The notes beneath the pieces were generated by a model. The model made no database searches and had not been told where the DNA came from. It worked only from the letters and a program-made list of their open reading frames with translations. Both the position numbers and the translations under genes were made by a program. From an archaeon (GTDB taxonomy: Archaea > Iainarchaeota > Iainarchaeia > Iainarchaeales > JAAZKV01): a stretch of 64,000 nt of DNA. Below are positions 45,916 to 55,436 of this stretch, piece by piece. The first letter of the stretch is position 1; every line of letters starts with the position of its first letter. The stretch lies in NCBI GenBank assembly GCA_041650735.1, contig JBAZKP010000001.1:163076-227075 (forward strand), given 5' to 3'.

Positions 45916-45930
45916 ATAAGGTGGAAAAAA

Positions 45931-47124
45931 ATGAAAGAAATATATTTGGATTACTCAGCAACTACCCCTATAAGAAAAGAGGTTTTGAAAGAAGCACTAC
46001 CTTATTTTTCGGAAAAATTTGGAAACCCATCAAGCTTTCACTCGAAAGGGCTAGAAACAAAAAAGGCAATGCAAAATGCAAGGCAAAAAATTGCAAAAAT
46101 AATGCACTGCAAACCGGAAGAAATAATTTTTACGGGAAGCGGAACAGAAAGCATTAATTTAGCGCTCAAAGGAATTGCATTCAAAACAATACTTGAAGGA
46201 AAAAGAGGAATCTTCATTACACAAAGAACAGAACACCACGCGGTGCTAGAAACCTTGCACTGGCTTGAAAAACTAGGGTTTAGCATAATTTACGCAAAAA
46301 TAGATGAAACAGGAAAAATTGATTTAGAATATTTGAAAAAAATCCTTGGAGAAAACAAAGGAAAAGTCCTACTCACAACAATAATGTATGCAAATAATGA
46401 AATAGGAACAATACAACTAATAAAAAAAATAGCAGAACTATGCCACGCAAATGAAACAATTCTCCATACTGATGCCTGCCAAGGAGCTGAATATTTGAAC
46501 ACGAACACACAAGAACTTGGAATAGATATGATGACAATAAACGGAAGCAAAGTATATTCATTCAAAGGAACAGGAATATTATACAAAAAACAAGGAGTAA
46601 AATTAGAGCCGCTAATACATGGAGGGGCACACGAATTTGGATTAAGAGCAGGAACGGAAAACGTTCCAGGAATAGTTGCACTTGCAAAAGCGCTTGAACT
46701 AGCAGAAAAAGAAAAGAAAAAAGAACGTGCAAGAGTAACCAAATTAAGAGATTACTTAATAAAAAAAATTGAAAAAGAAATACCCCAAGTCCTCCTAAAT
46801 GGAGACAGAACACAAAGGCTTCCAAACAATGTAAATATTTCATTCAAAGGAATAGAAGGAGAAAGCGCTTTGTTGAGATTAAATGAAAAAGGAATAAGAG
46901 TAAGCACAGGCTCTGCCTGCTCCTCACAATCCTTGGACCCAAGTCATGTGCTAATAGCAATAGGAAGAAACCACGAAACCGCGCACGGAAGCATAAGATT
47001 TTCACTAGGAAAAGACACAACAAAAAAAGAAATTGATTACACAATAAAAGAACTAAAAAAAACAATTAATTTTTTGAGAAAAATAAGCCCTTTATGGAAA
47101 AAAAATAAGGAAGTGAAAAAATGA
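45931..47124 (+). CDS. iscS: Cysteine desulfurase (NifS/IscS class I)
   Basis: IYLDYSATTP N-terminus, FTGSGTESIN, HTDACQ, the PLP-Lys region INGSKVY and the active-site loop STGSACSS. Confidence 0.9.
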   Translation: MKEIYLDYSATTPIRKEVLKEALPYFSEKFGNPSSFHSKGLETKKAMQNARQKIAKIMHCKPEEIIFTGSGTESINLALKGIAFKTILEGKRGIFITQRTEHHAVLETLHWLEKLGFSIIYAKIDETGKIDLEYLKKILGENKGKVLLTTIMYANNEIGTIQLIKKIAELCHANETILHTDACQGAEYLNTNTQELGIDMMTINGSKVYSFKGTGILYKKQGVKLEPLIHGGAHEFGLRAGTENVPGIVALAKALELAEKEKKKERARVTKLRDYLIKKIEKEIPQVLLNGDRTQRLPNNVNISFKGIEGESALLRLNEKGIRVSTGSACSSQSLDPSHVLIAIGRNHETAHGSIRFSLGKDTTKKEIDYTIKELKKTINFLRKISPLWKKNKEVKK

Positions 47125-47540
47125 AAATAGAAGGAAATGATTGGTTTTATTCAAAAGAAGTGAAAAAACACTTTCTTGAACCAAAAAACTTTTTAAAAAA
47201 CGAAAAAGAAATAAAAGATTTTAATGGATATGGAAAAGTTGGAAATGTTAAATGCGGAGACTTAATGGAAATGTGGATAAAAGTAAGAAATGAAAAAATA
47301 ATTGATGTGAAATGGAAAACCTTTGGATGTGCCTCAGCAATTGCAAGCACAAGCATGTTATCAGAAATGATAAAAGAAAAAAAAGGAATGAAAATAGAGG
47401 ATGCATTAAAAATCACGGGAAAAGATATTATGGAAAGATTAGGAGGATTACCATCCATAAAAGTACACTGCTCTGTCCTAGGCGACCAAGCACTAAGAGC
47501 CGCAATAAAAAACTACCAAGAAAAATCAAAAAAGGCATAA
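47121..47540 (+). CDS. iscU: Fe-S cluster scaffold protein IscU/NifU-like
   Basis: Three conserved Cys contexts: GNVKCGD, FGCASAIAS and KVHCSVL. ATGA overlap with iscS. Confidence 0.88.
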   Translation: MKIEGNDWFYSKEVKKHFLEPKNFLKNEKEIKDFNGYGKVGNVKCGDLMEMWIKVRNEKIIDVKWKTFGCASAIASTSMLSEMIKEKKGMKIEDALKITGKDIMERLGGLPSIKVHCSVLGDQALRAAIKNYQEKSKKA

Positions 47541-47577
47541 TGGAAAAGTATTAATCCTCGCACTGTACAAGTATTTC

Positions 47578-47994
47578 ATGCCTCAAATTGTTTTAAGCGC
47601 AAAAAAACCTTTTCAAGTGAGCGCAAGCAAGGAAAAACTAGTTTTCGGAAAATGGATGACAAGCTACTTAGCAACTGAAAAAGAACCTTTCTTCAAAGAA
47701 ACTCTTATTAGGCAGACAAAAGAATTAAGAAACGCGGCAGAAAAAGCAAATAGAACAAGAAAAGAAGAAGGAGCAGGAAGCACTGCAACCCTCAGGGCGG
47801 ACAAAGAAGTGTATAGACAAGCAATGAGCTATTCTGAAACATATTGGAAACATATGAGGGAAAAAATGGTCGCAGACCCGAAAAATGCTGGAAAATACAA
47901 AAAATCTATGAGAAAAGCAGAAGAAGACTTCAACCACTTCTCAAACAAATACGAGTTCCTGAGAATCCTGCTAAGCGGTCAAAAAGAAGCTTAA
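47578..47994 (+). CDS. Hypothetical protein
   Basis: 138 aa, helical and charged. No family recognised. Confidence 0.4.
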   Translation: MPQIVLSAKKPFQVSASKEKLVFGKWMTSYLATEKEPFFKETLIRQTKELRNAAEKANRTRKEEGAGSTATLRADKEVYRQAMSYSETYWKHMREKMVADPKNAGKYKKSMRKAEEDFNHFSNKYEFLRILLSGQKEA

Positions 47995-48032
47995 AACAAC
48001 TAAATTTAAACACTTCTTGAGAGAATTAAATT

Positions 48033-48374
48033 ATGGAACTGGTACAATACATTATAGTAAATGCTTCCTTAGGCATGAATAAAGGAAAAATTGCCGCACA
48101 AGTGGCACACTCAGCTGTATCTGTACTTGAAAAAGTTGATGAAGAAACCATTTCAGAATGGAAAAACCAAGGAATGAAAAAAATTGTTTTAAAAGTTAAA
48201 AGCACGGAAGAATTATTAGAATTATTTGAGAAAACAAAAAAACACTTTCCCTGCACATTAATAACTGATGCAGGAAAAACACAAATAGCCTCAGGCTCAA
48301 AAACATGCTTTGCATGCGGGCCGGTAAATGAAGAAGAAGCACAAAAATATTTTAAAGAATTAAAACTACTTTAA
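48033..48374 (+). CDS. pth: Peptidyl-tRNA hydrolase, archaeal Pth2 type
   Basis: QYIIVNASLGMNKGKIAAQVAHSAV and ITDAGKTQIASGSKTCFACGP match Pth2. Confidence 0.85.
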   Translation: MELVQYIIVNASLGMNKGKIAAQVAHSAVSVLEKVDEETISEWKNQGMKKIVLKVKSTEELLELFEKTKKHFPCTLITDAGKTQIASGSKTCFACGPVNEEEAQKYFKELKLL

Positions 48375-48402
48375 AACGTCAAAAAATCTTTTTGGTGAAA
48401 AA

Positions 48403-49173
48403 ATGCGTTCAGGATTCATGAAACATATTTCTGATTTGGTTAAGCAATCAGACCTGATAATTGAATTACTTGATGCGCGACACCCCGAAGCAACAAGAAA
48501 CCCTATCCTCGAAAATATGATTAAAACACAAAAGAAAAAATTATTACTCGTAATAAACAAATCGGATCTTATGCCAAAAGACGAAATGGAACAAAAAAAA
48601 GCAAGTATTGCATCAGAATCGGGAGTAAAAACAATTTTCATTTCAGCGCTTGAGCGAGACGGAATTAATATGATAAGAAGAGAAATCAGCGTTGATTCCA
48701 AAGGAACAGAAAAATTTATTATAGGAATAATTGGTTATCCTAATGTCGGCAAAAGCACCCTAATTAATGCATTAGCAGGAAAAGGAAGAGGAAGAGTAGC
48801 GACCTCAAGAAAAGCAGGACTCACAAGAGGAATAGCGAGAGTAAAAATATCAGACGGATTATACCTAATTGATTCGCCCGGAATAATTCCATTCAAAGAA
48901 GAAGAATTCACTTTATTTTTAGTTGAATCAAAAAACCCTAACCAATTAAAAGATGTTGAAACAAATGCTGTGAAATTAATTCAATTAATGGGGAAAGAAA
49001 AAATCGCGAAATTTTACAAAATTGAACAGGAAAAAATAGAAGAAAAGGATGAAGAAGAAATGCTTGAAGAAATTGCGTACAAAAAAGCATTCCTAATGAA
49101 AGGCGGAAAACCAGATATGGGAAAAGCAGCACGCGATCTACTCGAAAGATACCAAAAACACGAGTTGATATAA
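48403..49173 (+). CDS. Circularly permuted GTPase (YlqF/YawG/Nug-like ribosome biogenesis GTPase)
   Basis: G4 LVINKSDL precedes G1 GYPNVGKSTLINAL and G3 LIDSPG. DARHP motif at the N-terminus. Confidence 0.75.
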   Translation: MRSGFMKHISDLVKQSDLIIELLDARHPEATRNPILENMIKTQKKKLLLVINKSDLMPKDEMEQKKASIASESGVKTIFISALERDGINMIRREISVDSKGTEKFIIGIIGYPNVGKSTLINALAGKGRGRVATSRKAGLTRGIARVKISDGLYLIDSPGIIPFKEEEFTLFLVESKNPNQLKDVETNAVKLIQLMGKEKIAKFYKIEQEKIEEKDEEEMLEEIAYKKAFLMKGGKPDMGKAARDLLERYQKHELI

Positions 49174-49201
49174 ACACTAAAGAAGCTTGTTAACTGAAAA
49201 A

Positions 49202-49963
49202 CTAAGCACTAGATTTATTAAAAAATACCCAAAAATATTTTGACCCTTTAATCTTATGTAAATTATTTGCTTTTGCAGCAGCATAAAACTGACTCCTCAT
49301 TTTTTGGATCTCGACAGAGGTTAACCCGCGACTCTCTAGATAAGTATTGGACAAATTAGGATTATATTCAGGTCTCAAAAGAGAGACCGCATCAAGCCCT
49401 TGGCTTTTTGCATGTGCAACAATTTCGCCCAACAAATAATTCTGCCAAGGCTCATGCAATTGCTCATTTAAGTCAGCAACAAGTTTTTCAGGATTAACAT
49501 ATTTTTTACCGGGCCCCTGAATGCTCGTTACTGCACAAACTGGGGCAGGCAAGTCCCTGCGAAAAGGATGATTCATGTGTGGTTCAATGCTTGAAGTCAA
49601 AACAAATCTTACCTTAAAAACATTTACAGGGGATTTTAATCCTGGCAAAGGTATTTTCTTTCCAAAAACCCTGATTAATTTCCTCGGCAACCAACCAGAA
49701 AAAGCAAGCATAACAAGACTTTCTGAAGCAGCATGCGAAAAATTCACCCGATATTTATCAACCCTTGTTTCCGGAAATGTTGACATAAATTTTCTGTAAC
49801 TACTAGCAGGAGCCTGCGAAGGGATATCAAACTTTGTCTGCAAAAGCTCTGAGACTTTATTCCACCTCAAACTTGTTCTAGCCCCCAAAAAAACAGCTTT
49901 GGAAAAACTTATTGCCTTTCTATGTACACTCGTGCTAGATAAATAATTAATTCTCTTTTTCAT
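49202..49963 (-). CDS. Hypothetical protein (compositionally atypical)
   Basis: 253 aa. Visibly more G+C and more Arg/Ser/Pro than neighbouring Lys-rich genes. No family recognised. Confidence 0.45.
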   Translation of the reverse strand: MKKRINYLSSTSVHRKAISFSKAVFLGARTSLRWNKVSELLQTKFDIPSQAPASSYRKFMSTFPETRVDKYRVNFSHAASESLVMLAFSGWLPRKLIRVFGKKIPLPGLKSPVNVFKVRFVLTSSIEPHMNHPFRRDLPAPVCAVTSIQGPGKKYVNPEKLVADLNEQLHEPWQNYLLGEIVAHAKSQGLDAVSLLRPEYNPNLSNTYLESRGLTSVEIQKMRSQFYAAAKANNLHKIKGSKYFWVFFNKSSA

Positions 49964-50206
49964 ATATAAGTAAAGATCTCTCTATAATAAAACCTTTTGC
50001 TTAAAAAAATAAGAATAAATGCTAAAAAAAATCAAAGCTGTTTAACCAAGTCAATTAACTGTTTTATTTGGACTTTTTTTTTCAAAGATTTTTCTTTCTC
50101 CAAGCGAAGCTTTAACTCGTAAATAATATCATCATTTGTCAGGCGCATAAATCAATGAAACAAAAAAAGGGTTAAAAAGGAATGCAAAAAAGCAAAACAA
50201 TTTAAA

Positions 50207-50614
50207 TCAAGGTTTAATAGAAACCTGTACCCCTGCAAGGAGCTGGAGGGAAATAGAACATTTTTTTGCCTCCTCAAGAGAAACCATAAAATTTTTTCCA
50301 GCATTATGAAAATGCTCTGCTTTAATAAAAAGCCAACCCTCATGAGGAATCTTCCAAGCAATAAAAAACTCTGCACCCGCAGTTTTTGCCCAATTAATCT
50401 CATCATTCATAGTAACAAGAGGAATAGCAAGATAATTTCCTCTCCAAGCCTTGCACTCAAAAGCAAGAATTTTACCCTGTTTCAAAGCAACAACATCAGG
50501 ACTAGGCAAAGGACTAACACCAGAACCAGCAACGCGAAGAACAGCAAAACCATAATCAAAAAGAGTATGAATTAATTCTCTCTCCGCATTAGCACCCTTA
50601 TTATAATGAGCCAT
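50207..50614 (-). CDS. hjc: Holliday junction resolvase Hjc
   Basis: KGANAERELIHTLFDYGFAVLRVAGSG...PDVVALKQGKILAFECKAW matches the Hjc catalytic layout (E...D...ExK). Confidence 0.75.
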   Translation of the reverse strand: MAHYNKGANAERELIHTLFDYGFAVLRVAGSGVSPLPSPDVVALKQGKILAFECKAWRGNYLAIPLVTMNDEINWAKTAGAEFFIAWKIPHEGWLFIKAEHFHNAGKNFMVSLEEAKKCSISLQLLAGVQVSIKP

Positions 50615-50664
50615 AACAACAGGAAAAGAAATTTGAAATACTTAAACGTATCGCGTAACAAAAA

Positions 50665-50862
50665 CTAAACATAAAGCCCTTTAGGGGAAATACTATCCTT
50701 GGCAGAAAGATCAACACGCTGGTCCTTTACACGATTGCGCTTCTCCTCACGAGAAAGCTTCTTCTTCGAAGTAGCAACAGAGTTCCGCTGATTAAGCAAC
50801 CTGCGCCTCTCTTTTGAGGCTTCGCTGAAAGGATTTTTCTTATCCATAAGAAGAATACTCAA
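50665..50862 (-). CDS. Hypothetical small basic protein
   Basis: 65-aa R/K-rich ORF on the same strand as hjc. An alternative start lies at 50847 (MDKKNPF). No family recognised. Confidence 0.3.
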   Translation of the reverse strand: MSILLMDKKNPFSEASKERRRLLNQRNSVATSKKKLSREEKRNRVKDQRVDLSAKDSISPKGLYV

Positions 50863-50867
50863 TTCAA

Positions 50868-51032
50868 CTATTTAAGGGCTCTTCTAACCTTACCAACAGA
50901 GGATACTTCCTCATCCTGATTCCTAGTCAAAGAAACCTTTATATTATAAGCCCACTTCTTGAGCTTTTTGCCCAAAGGAAGCCTTGAACCATTACCCGGA
51001 TTCCTTGAGCCCTCATACATAAATTTAGCCAT
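50868..51032 (-). CDS. Hypothetical small protein (54 aa)
   Basis: Terminal part of the 205-aa track ORF, beginning at MAKFMYEGSRNPGNG. The remainder of that ORF is antisense to the DUF167 gene. Function unknown. Confidence 0.25.
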   Translation of the reverse strand: MAKFMYEGSRNPGNGSRLPLGKKLKKWAYNIKVSLTRNQDEEVSSVGKVRRALK

Positions 51033-51186
51033 AATCCCACCTAAACAAATTTTCTTAAACAAGGTTAAGTTTAAATTCCCTTCATTTAACAACTTTCTTG
51101 ATAAGAAAGCCTTAAAGGTGGCAAAGCCCAATGAGGGCTGTTTAGAAGCGTTTGAAAACGCTTTTTGAATGGTTTGTGTTAATAAA

Positions 51187-51465
51187 ATGGAAACGATAAT
51201 TAACGCGAAGATTTTAACTGGAAAACAAAAATTCAGTGTGGTATTTAACAAAGAAAAAAATTTACTAATTGTTGAAGCTACTGAGAAACCAGAAAACAAT
51301 AAAGCAAATAAAGAAATCTTGAAAAAATTGAAGAAATACTTCAAAGCGGACATAGAAATTGTTTCCGGATTAAAAAGCAAAGAAAAAACAATAAAAGTTG
51401 CATTACCAGAAAACAAGGTAATGAAAAAACTTGAAACACAAGCTAATTCTATAAAACCTTTATAG
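51187..51465 (+). CDS. DUF167 (YggU/UPF0235) family protein
   Basis: VEATEKPENNKANKEILKKLKKYFKADIEIVSGLKSKEKTIKV fits the DUF167 pattern (PxxGKAN..l..fLak.l....v.i.sG..sr.K.v.i). Confidence 0.6.
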   Translation: METIINAKILTGKQKFSVVFNKEKNLLIVEATEKPENNKANKEILKKLKKYFKADIEIVSGLKSKEKTIKVALPENKVMKKLETQANSIKPL

Positions 51466-51529
51466 GAAAAACCGTTAAACGGCAAAAAAACTTATTAAAA
51501 AAATAGTTATAAAAAGGAGAAGTGAAATT

Positions 51530-52882
51530 ATGGCTAAAACATATTTGAGCGCAGTAAAATACGAAATACTCGCTAATTACGAAGTACAAGGAGTTGTAGA
51601 AAAACCTGATATAGTGGGTGCGATATTTGGACAATGCGAAGGATTACTTGGAGAAGACATGGATCTTAAGGAATTACAACAAAGCGGAAAAATAGGGAGA
51701 ATAGAAATCACTGTAAAAAAAGGAAAAGGAACAACAACAGGAGAAGTAATAATCCCTAGTTCCCTTGACCAAGTAAAAACAAGCATACTTGCGGCAACTG
51801 TTGAAACAGTTGAAAAAGTAGGTCCATTTGAAGCAAAAGTAAAAGTAATGAAAATACAGGATACAAGAAAAGAAAAAAGAGAAACAATAACAGACAGGGC
51901 AAAAGAACTCCTTAAACACATGCAGCAAACAGAAGGCGCACTTGAAAGCACTGAACTAGCAGATACAATAAAATCTGAAATAAGAACAGAAAAAATTGTG
52001 TTATTCAGAGGACTACAAGCAGGACCAGAGGTAGAAACTGCTGAAGAAATAATAATAGTTGAAGGAAGAGCAGATGTTCTGAAACTATTAAGCTACGGAA
52101 TAAACAATGCAGTAGCAATGAACGGCGGAAACATTGATACCCCACTAATACAATTATGCAGGGAAAAAACAACAACTGTATTAATTGATGGGGACAGAGG
52201 AGGAGAACTAAACGCAAAAAAACTTGCCTCGCTCACAAAAATTGATTTCGTAGCAAAAGCCCCTGATGGAAAAGAAGTGGAGGAATTAGTGCAAAAAGAA
52301 ATTCTTTTAGCATTAAAAAGAAAAGTTCCTTACACACAAGCATTCACAGAAACAGGTTACGCGCCAACATTCCAACCAAGACCAAGATTTGAACACTCAA
52401 GACCATTCATACCAAGAGACAACAGACAAAGTTTTGGTAGAAACAATTTTAGACCAAACAATTTTGGGAGACCAAGATTTGAACAAGGAAGAAATGAAAG
52501 GAGCTTTGAAAGAAGACCATTCAATAACTTCAGACCAAGATTCCAGGAAAACTATACTCCATTCCACCAACAAACAACACCAATACAAAGAGAAGAACCA
52601 GTTCCTCAAAAAATCCTTGACATGAAAAAAGACTTTGACAAGATGAAAGGCAAATCAAAAGCAAGATTGCTCGATGAAAAGAACAAAAAAATCAAGGAAG
52701 TAGAGGTAAAGGACATGCTTGAAGCAATCCAAAACTCAAAGAAAAAAATCCACTTAGTAATGTTTGATGGAATAATAACAAACAGATTAGTGGAAGCAGC
52801 AGATGCAAAAGGCATTGCAGCGGTTGTAGGAGTAAAAAAAGGAAATATTGCTCCACAAAAAGTAAAAGCATACACAATGTAA
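51530..52882 (+). CDS. dnaG: Archaeal DnaG (TOPRIM primase / exosome-associated protein) with low-complexity insert
   Basis: N-terminus KYEILANYEVQGVVEKPDIVGAIFGQCEGLLG, TOPRIM IIVEGRADV and IDGDRGGEL. A ~70-aa R/F/N/P-rich segment carries repeated RPRF. Confidence 0.85.
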   Translation: MAKTYLSAVKYEILANYEVQGVVEKPDIVGAIFGQCEGLLGEDMDLKELQQSGKIGRIEITVKKGKGTTTGEVIIPSSLDQVKTSILAATVETVEKVGPFEAKVKVMKIQDTRKEKRETITDRAKELLKHMQQTEGALESTELADTIKSEIRTEKIVLFRGLQAGPEVETAEEIIIVEGRADVLKLLSYGINNAVAMNGGNIDTPLIQLCREKTTTVLIDGDRGGELNAKKLASLTKIDFVAKAPDGKEVEELVQKEILLALKRKVPYTQAFTETGYAPTFQPRPRFEHSRPFIPRDNRQSFGRNNFRPNNFGRPRFEQGRNERSFERRPFNNFRPRFQENYTPFHQQTTPIQREEPVPQKILDMKKDFDKMKGKSKARLLDEKNKKIKEVEVKDMLEAIQNSKKKIHLVMFDGIITNRLVEAADAKGIAAVVGVKKGNIAPQKVKAYTM

Positions 52883-52901
52883 AAAAAATAAAATTAGAAA
52901 A

Positions 52902-52935
52902 AGTGAAGGAAAAATCCTTCACTTTACTTTTTTTT
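52902..52935. terminator. Bidirectional hairpin terminator between convergent genes
   Basis: AGUGAAGGA-aaaa-UCCUUCACU is a perfect 9-bp stem (52902-52923). T-run on the + strand and A-run on the other side. Lies between dnaG (+) and the 52942..53403 (-) gene. Confidence 0.6.
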
Positions 52936-52941
52936 AAAAAA

Positions 52942-53403
52942 TTACTTCCTTCTAAAAGGCCTTGAAACTGACTCAACTTCTTCTATAGGGATAACCACTG
53001 TCTTATTGAATAACAAGAACAATGAAAACATAAATAACACAGCCCAAAAGAAGAACCCTGCTATCGGACCAACCAAAGCTGTTACAGCCTGCCTAGAAGT
53101 CATGCTAGTCTGTGCGCCAGGAATCTGTGCACCAGTTATCTCGTACAAAGAATCCTTGCAATCATTATATCTCATCTCAGCAAACAACTGTTCAGCGCTA
53201 CTCAAGCTTGAAAGGTCTTTAACCCCAGAAAACTCAACACACTTATTAAAGTCCCGAACTGATTGCCAAGAATCAAACATTACTGCAGCTGACTTCACCA
53301 GCATCAAAACAGTAATTATTCCAAGAAAAATCCCGAGAACCTGCGTCCACTGGAAATCCTTACTCCCCAGCCTAAAAAGAATTGTTTTCCGCAAAACCAT
53401 CAC
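52942..53403 (-). CDS. Hypothetical membrane protein
   Basis: 153 aa with an N-terminal and a C-terminal TM helix pair and a Cys-containing loop. No family recognised. Confidence 0.45.
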   Translation of the reverse strand: MMVLRKTILFRLGSKDFQWTQVLGIFLGIITVLMLVKSAAVMFDSWQSVRDFNKCVEFSGVKDLSSLSSAEQLFAEMRYNDCKDSLYEITGAQIPGAQTSMTSRQAVTALVGPIAGFFFWAVLFMFSLFLLFNKTVVIPIEEVESVSRPFRRK

Positions 53404-53526
53404 CTTGAGTAAATTAATGGAAAACTTCTATATAAACCTTCTTCAAAGCGAAAAAAACCTAAAAGTCAAGGTTTAAAAAAACACTGCGGAAAAACTTCTT
53501 TACTAACAAAGTTAATAAAAAAAATT

Positions 53527-53599
53527 GGGCCGGTGGTCTAGCGGTTATGACATCACCCTTACAAGGTGAGAGTCGTCGGTTCGAATCCGATTCGGCCCA
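53527..53599 (+). tRNA. tRNA-Val(UAC), intron-less
   Basis: Hand fold: acceptor GGGCCGG/UCGGCCC, D arm GUCU-AGCGGUUA-UGAC, anticodon stem UCACC/GGUGA with loop CUUACAA, T arm GUCGG-UUCGAAU-CCGAU, discriminator A. Followed by a T7 run. No encoded CCA. Confidence 0.9.
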
Positions 53600-53652
53600 T
53601 TTTTTTATTAAACCAGAAAAGATATTAAAGCACTTAAAACATCAATATTGAC

Positions 53653-55371
53653 ATGAAAAAGCTAATATTATTACTAATAATACTTCTTTTCTCAGCAATT
53701 GTTTTTGCTGAAGAAAGCTTTTACCCAACAACAATAGGAAAACTAAACGCTGAAGCAAAGCTTGACGGAAACGGAACAATCACAGGATTAAAAGAAGGAG
53801 AAGAAGTAAAATTCCAAACACTAACTTTCCAGGAAAGCTCATTCCAAACAATACAAGTAATAAAAGAAGCTCTTTACATTAATGGAAAAACTATTTACCC
53901 GAAATATGTGCTAGATGAATTTGGAAACAAATATGTCTCATTCATAATAACAGAAAACGGGAACTTTAATTACGAACTAATTGCGGATGTAAGCACAACC
54001 TCATTAATATCTGCAATGAGTGATTATAACCTTACAACACCGGATGAAAAAGTAAAACTATACACTGAGCCAAGTGAAAAAGTTGAAAGCGGTTCTACGG
54101 AAATACAAACAGTGTCTAAAAACAAATTAATAACAAATAGTTTCCTTGATTCACTAAACAAAACAATTATTTGGGTAAATGATTACGTTGAATACGCACA
54201 AGGAGATGATTTTTACAAATATTATGTACTGCAAAGATCTGCAACAGAAACACTATTAAGCAAAAAAGGGGTTTGTGATGAATTTGCAAACCTTGGAGCA
54301 GGATTATTAAGAGCAAAAGGAATACCAACAAGACTAGCAATAGGAATAACTTTTGATGGAAAAGCATGGGGAAACCACGCATGGATAGAAGTATACCACG
54401 AAAAATTTGGATGGATACCATCAGACCCAACATTCAGAGAATCAGGATTCGTTGATGCAACCCACATAAAAATGGGTTCATTTAGTGATGTTACACTCTC
54501 ACTCGCAAAAGCATACTTTCCAACAACATCAAGCGTTTCATTCTACACACAAACAATGCCGCAAATAGAAATAAAGAGCAAAGAATACTTCAATACAGTA
54601 GAACTCACTTCAAGCACAAATGAACTCAAAGCAAATAAATGGAATGATATTTCCTTAACAGTAACAAACAAAAGCAACAGCACAGTAACAACCCCAATAA
54701 GCATCAAAGAATCATACAGCGAATTAATAGTTCAGGAGAAAAAAAAATCAATAATATTAAACCCGGGAGAATCAAAAACTATTTTATTTAAAATATTCCC
54801 AAACCTTGATTTAAATGCAAACCAAATAGCAAAAGGAACAATAACATTCAACAGTCTTTCAACACCCTACCAAAAAGAAATCACAATAAACCCGGGAATA
54901 AATAGTGATTTGGGAGAAGTAATTGTAAATGATATTACTCCAATAGCGCATGAAGGAAAACTGCAAATACAAGTAATAACAACAAATTTTTACCCAACTG
55001 AAAAAACAATTGATTTGAATATATTCAGTGATTCCTTTAAATCAAACACAAGCGAAACACTGCCAGGGTTTAGTAGCAAAACAATCCTAAAAGATATAGA
55101 AGATTACAATTCAGACATATATTATGTAACAGTAACAACCCCTACAAATATTTTCACCCAAACAATTGTGCCTGAAAAACAAAAAATAATTATTGCGCCA
55201 GAACCACTGGTAAAAGAAACAGTAATAGAGCAAAAAATTCAAAATGACGGAAAACAACCAGAAATAGGAGAAACTATAGCAGAAAACCCTATAATCCTTG
55301 TAGTTGCCCTACTCTTAGGAGTAGCAATAGTGCTCCTAGGATTATTCTGGGTAAACAAAAGATACGTTTAA
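53653..55371 (+). CDS. Surface-anchored transglutaminase-like (cysteine protease fold) protein
   Basis: Signal peptide. Transglutaminase core GVCDEFANLGAGLLRAKGIPTR...GNHAWIEVY...GWIPSDPT (Cys-His-Asp). Then beta-sandwich-like repeats and a C-terminal TM anchor. Confidence 0.72.
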   Translation: MKKLILLLIILLFSAIVFAEESFYPTTIGKLNAEAKLDGNGTITGLKEGEEVKFQTLTFQESSFQTIQVIKEALYINGKTIYPKYVLDEFGNKYVSFIITENGNFNYELIADVSTTSLISAMSDYNLTTPDEKVKLYTEPSEKVESGSTEIQTVSKNKLITNSFLDSLNKTIIWVNDYVEYAQGDDFYKYYVLQRSATETLLSKKGVCDEFANLGAGLLRAKGIPTRLAIGITFDGKAWGNHAWIEVYHEKFGWIPSDPTFRESGFVDATHIKMGSFSDVTLSLAKAYFPTTSSVSFYTQTMPQIEIKSKEYFNTVELTSSTNELKANKWNDISLTVTNKSNSTVTTPISIKESYSELIVQEKKKSIILNPGESKTILFKIFPNLDLNANQIAKGTITFNSLSTPYQKEITINPGINSDLGEVIVNDITPIAHEGKLQIQVITTNFYPTEKTIDLNIFSDSFKSNTSETLPGFSSKTILKDIEDYNSDIYYVTVTTPTNIFTQTIVPEKQKIIIAPEPLVKETVIEQKIQNDGKQPEIGETIAENPIILVVALLLGVAIVLLGLFWVNKRYV

Positions 55372-55436
55372 ACAAAAAAAGCAGGTTTTTAAACAATACT
55401 TGGAACGAGATAATTATTGGGGCAAATAACGGTTCT

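Noticed and set aside
45921-46157. 78-aa ORF overlapping the start of the cysteine desulfurase gene in another frame
   Set aside because: The overlapping frame 45931..47124 has unambiguous NifS/IscS motifs from its first residues.
50868-51485. 205-aa ORF on the minus strand
   Set aside because: Most of it is antisense to a DUF167-family gene with a good family pattern (51187..51465). Only the terminal 54 codons were kept, as a low-confidence small ORF.
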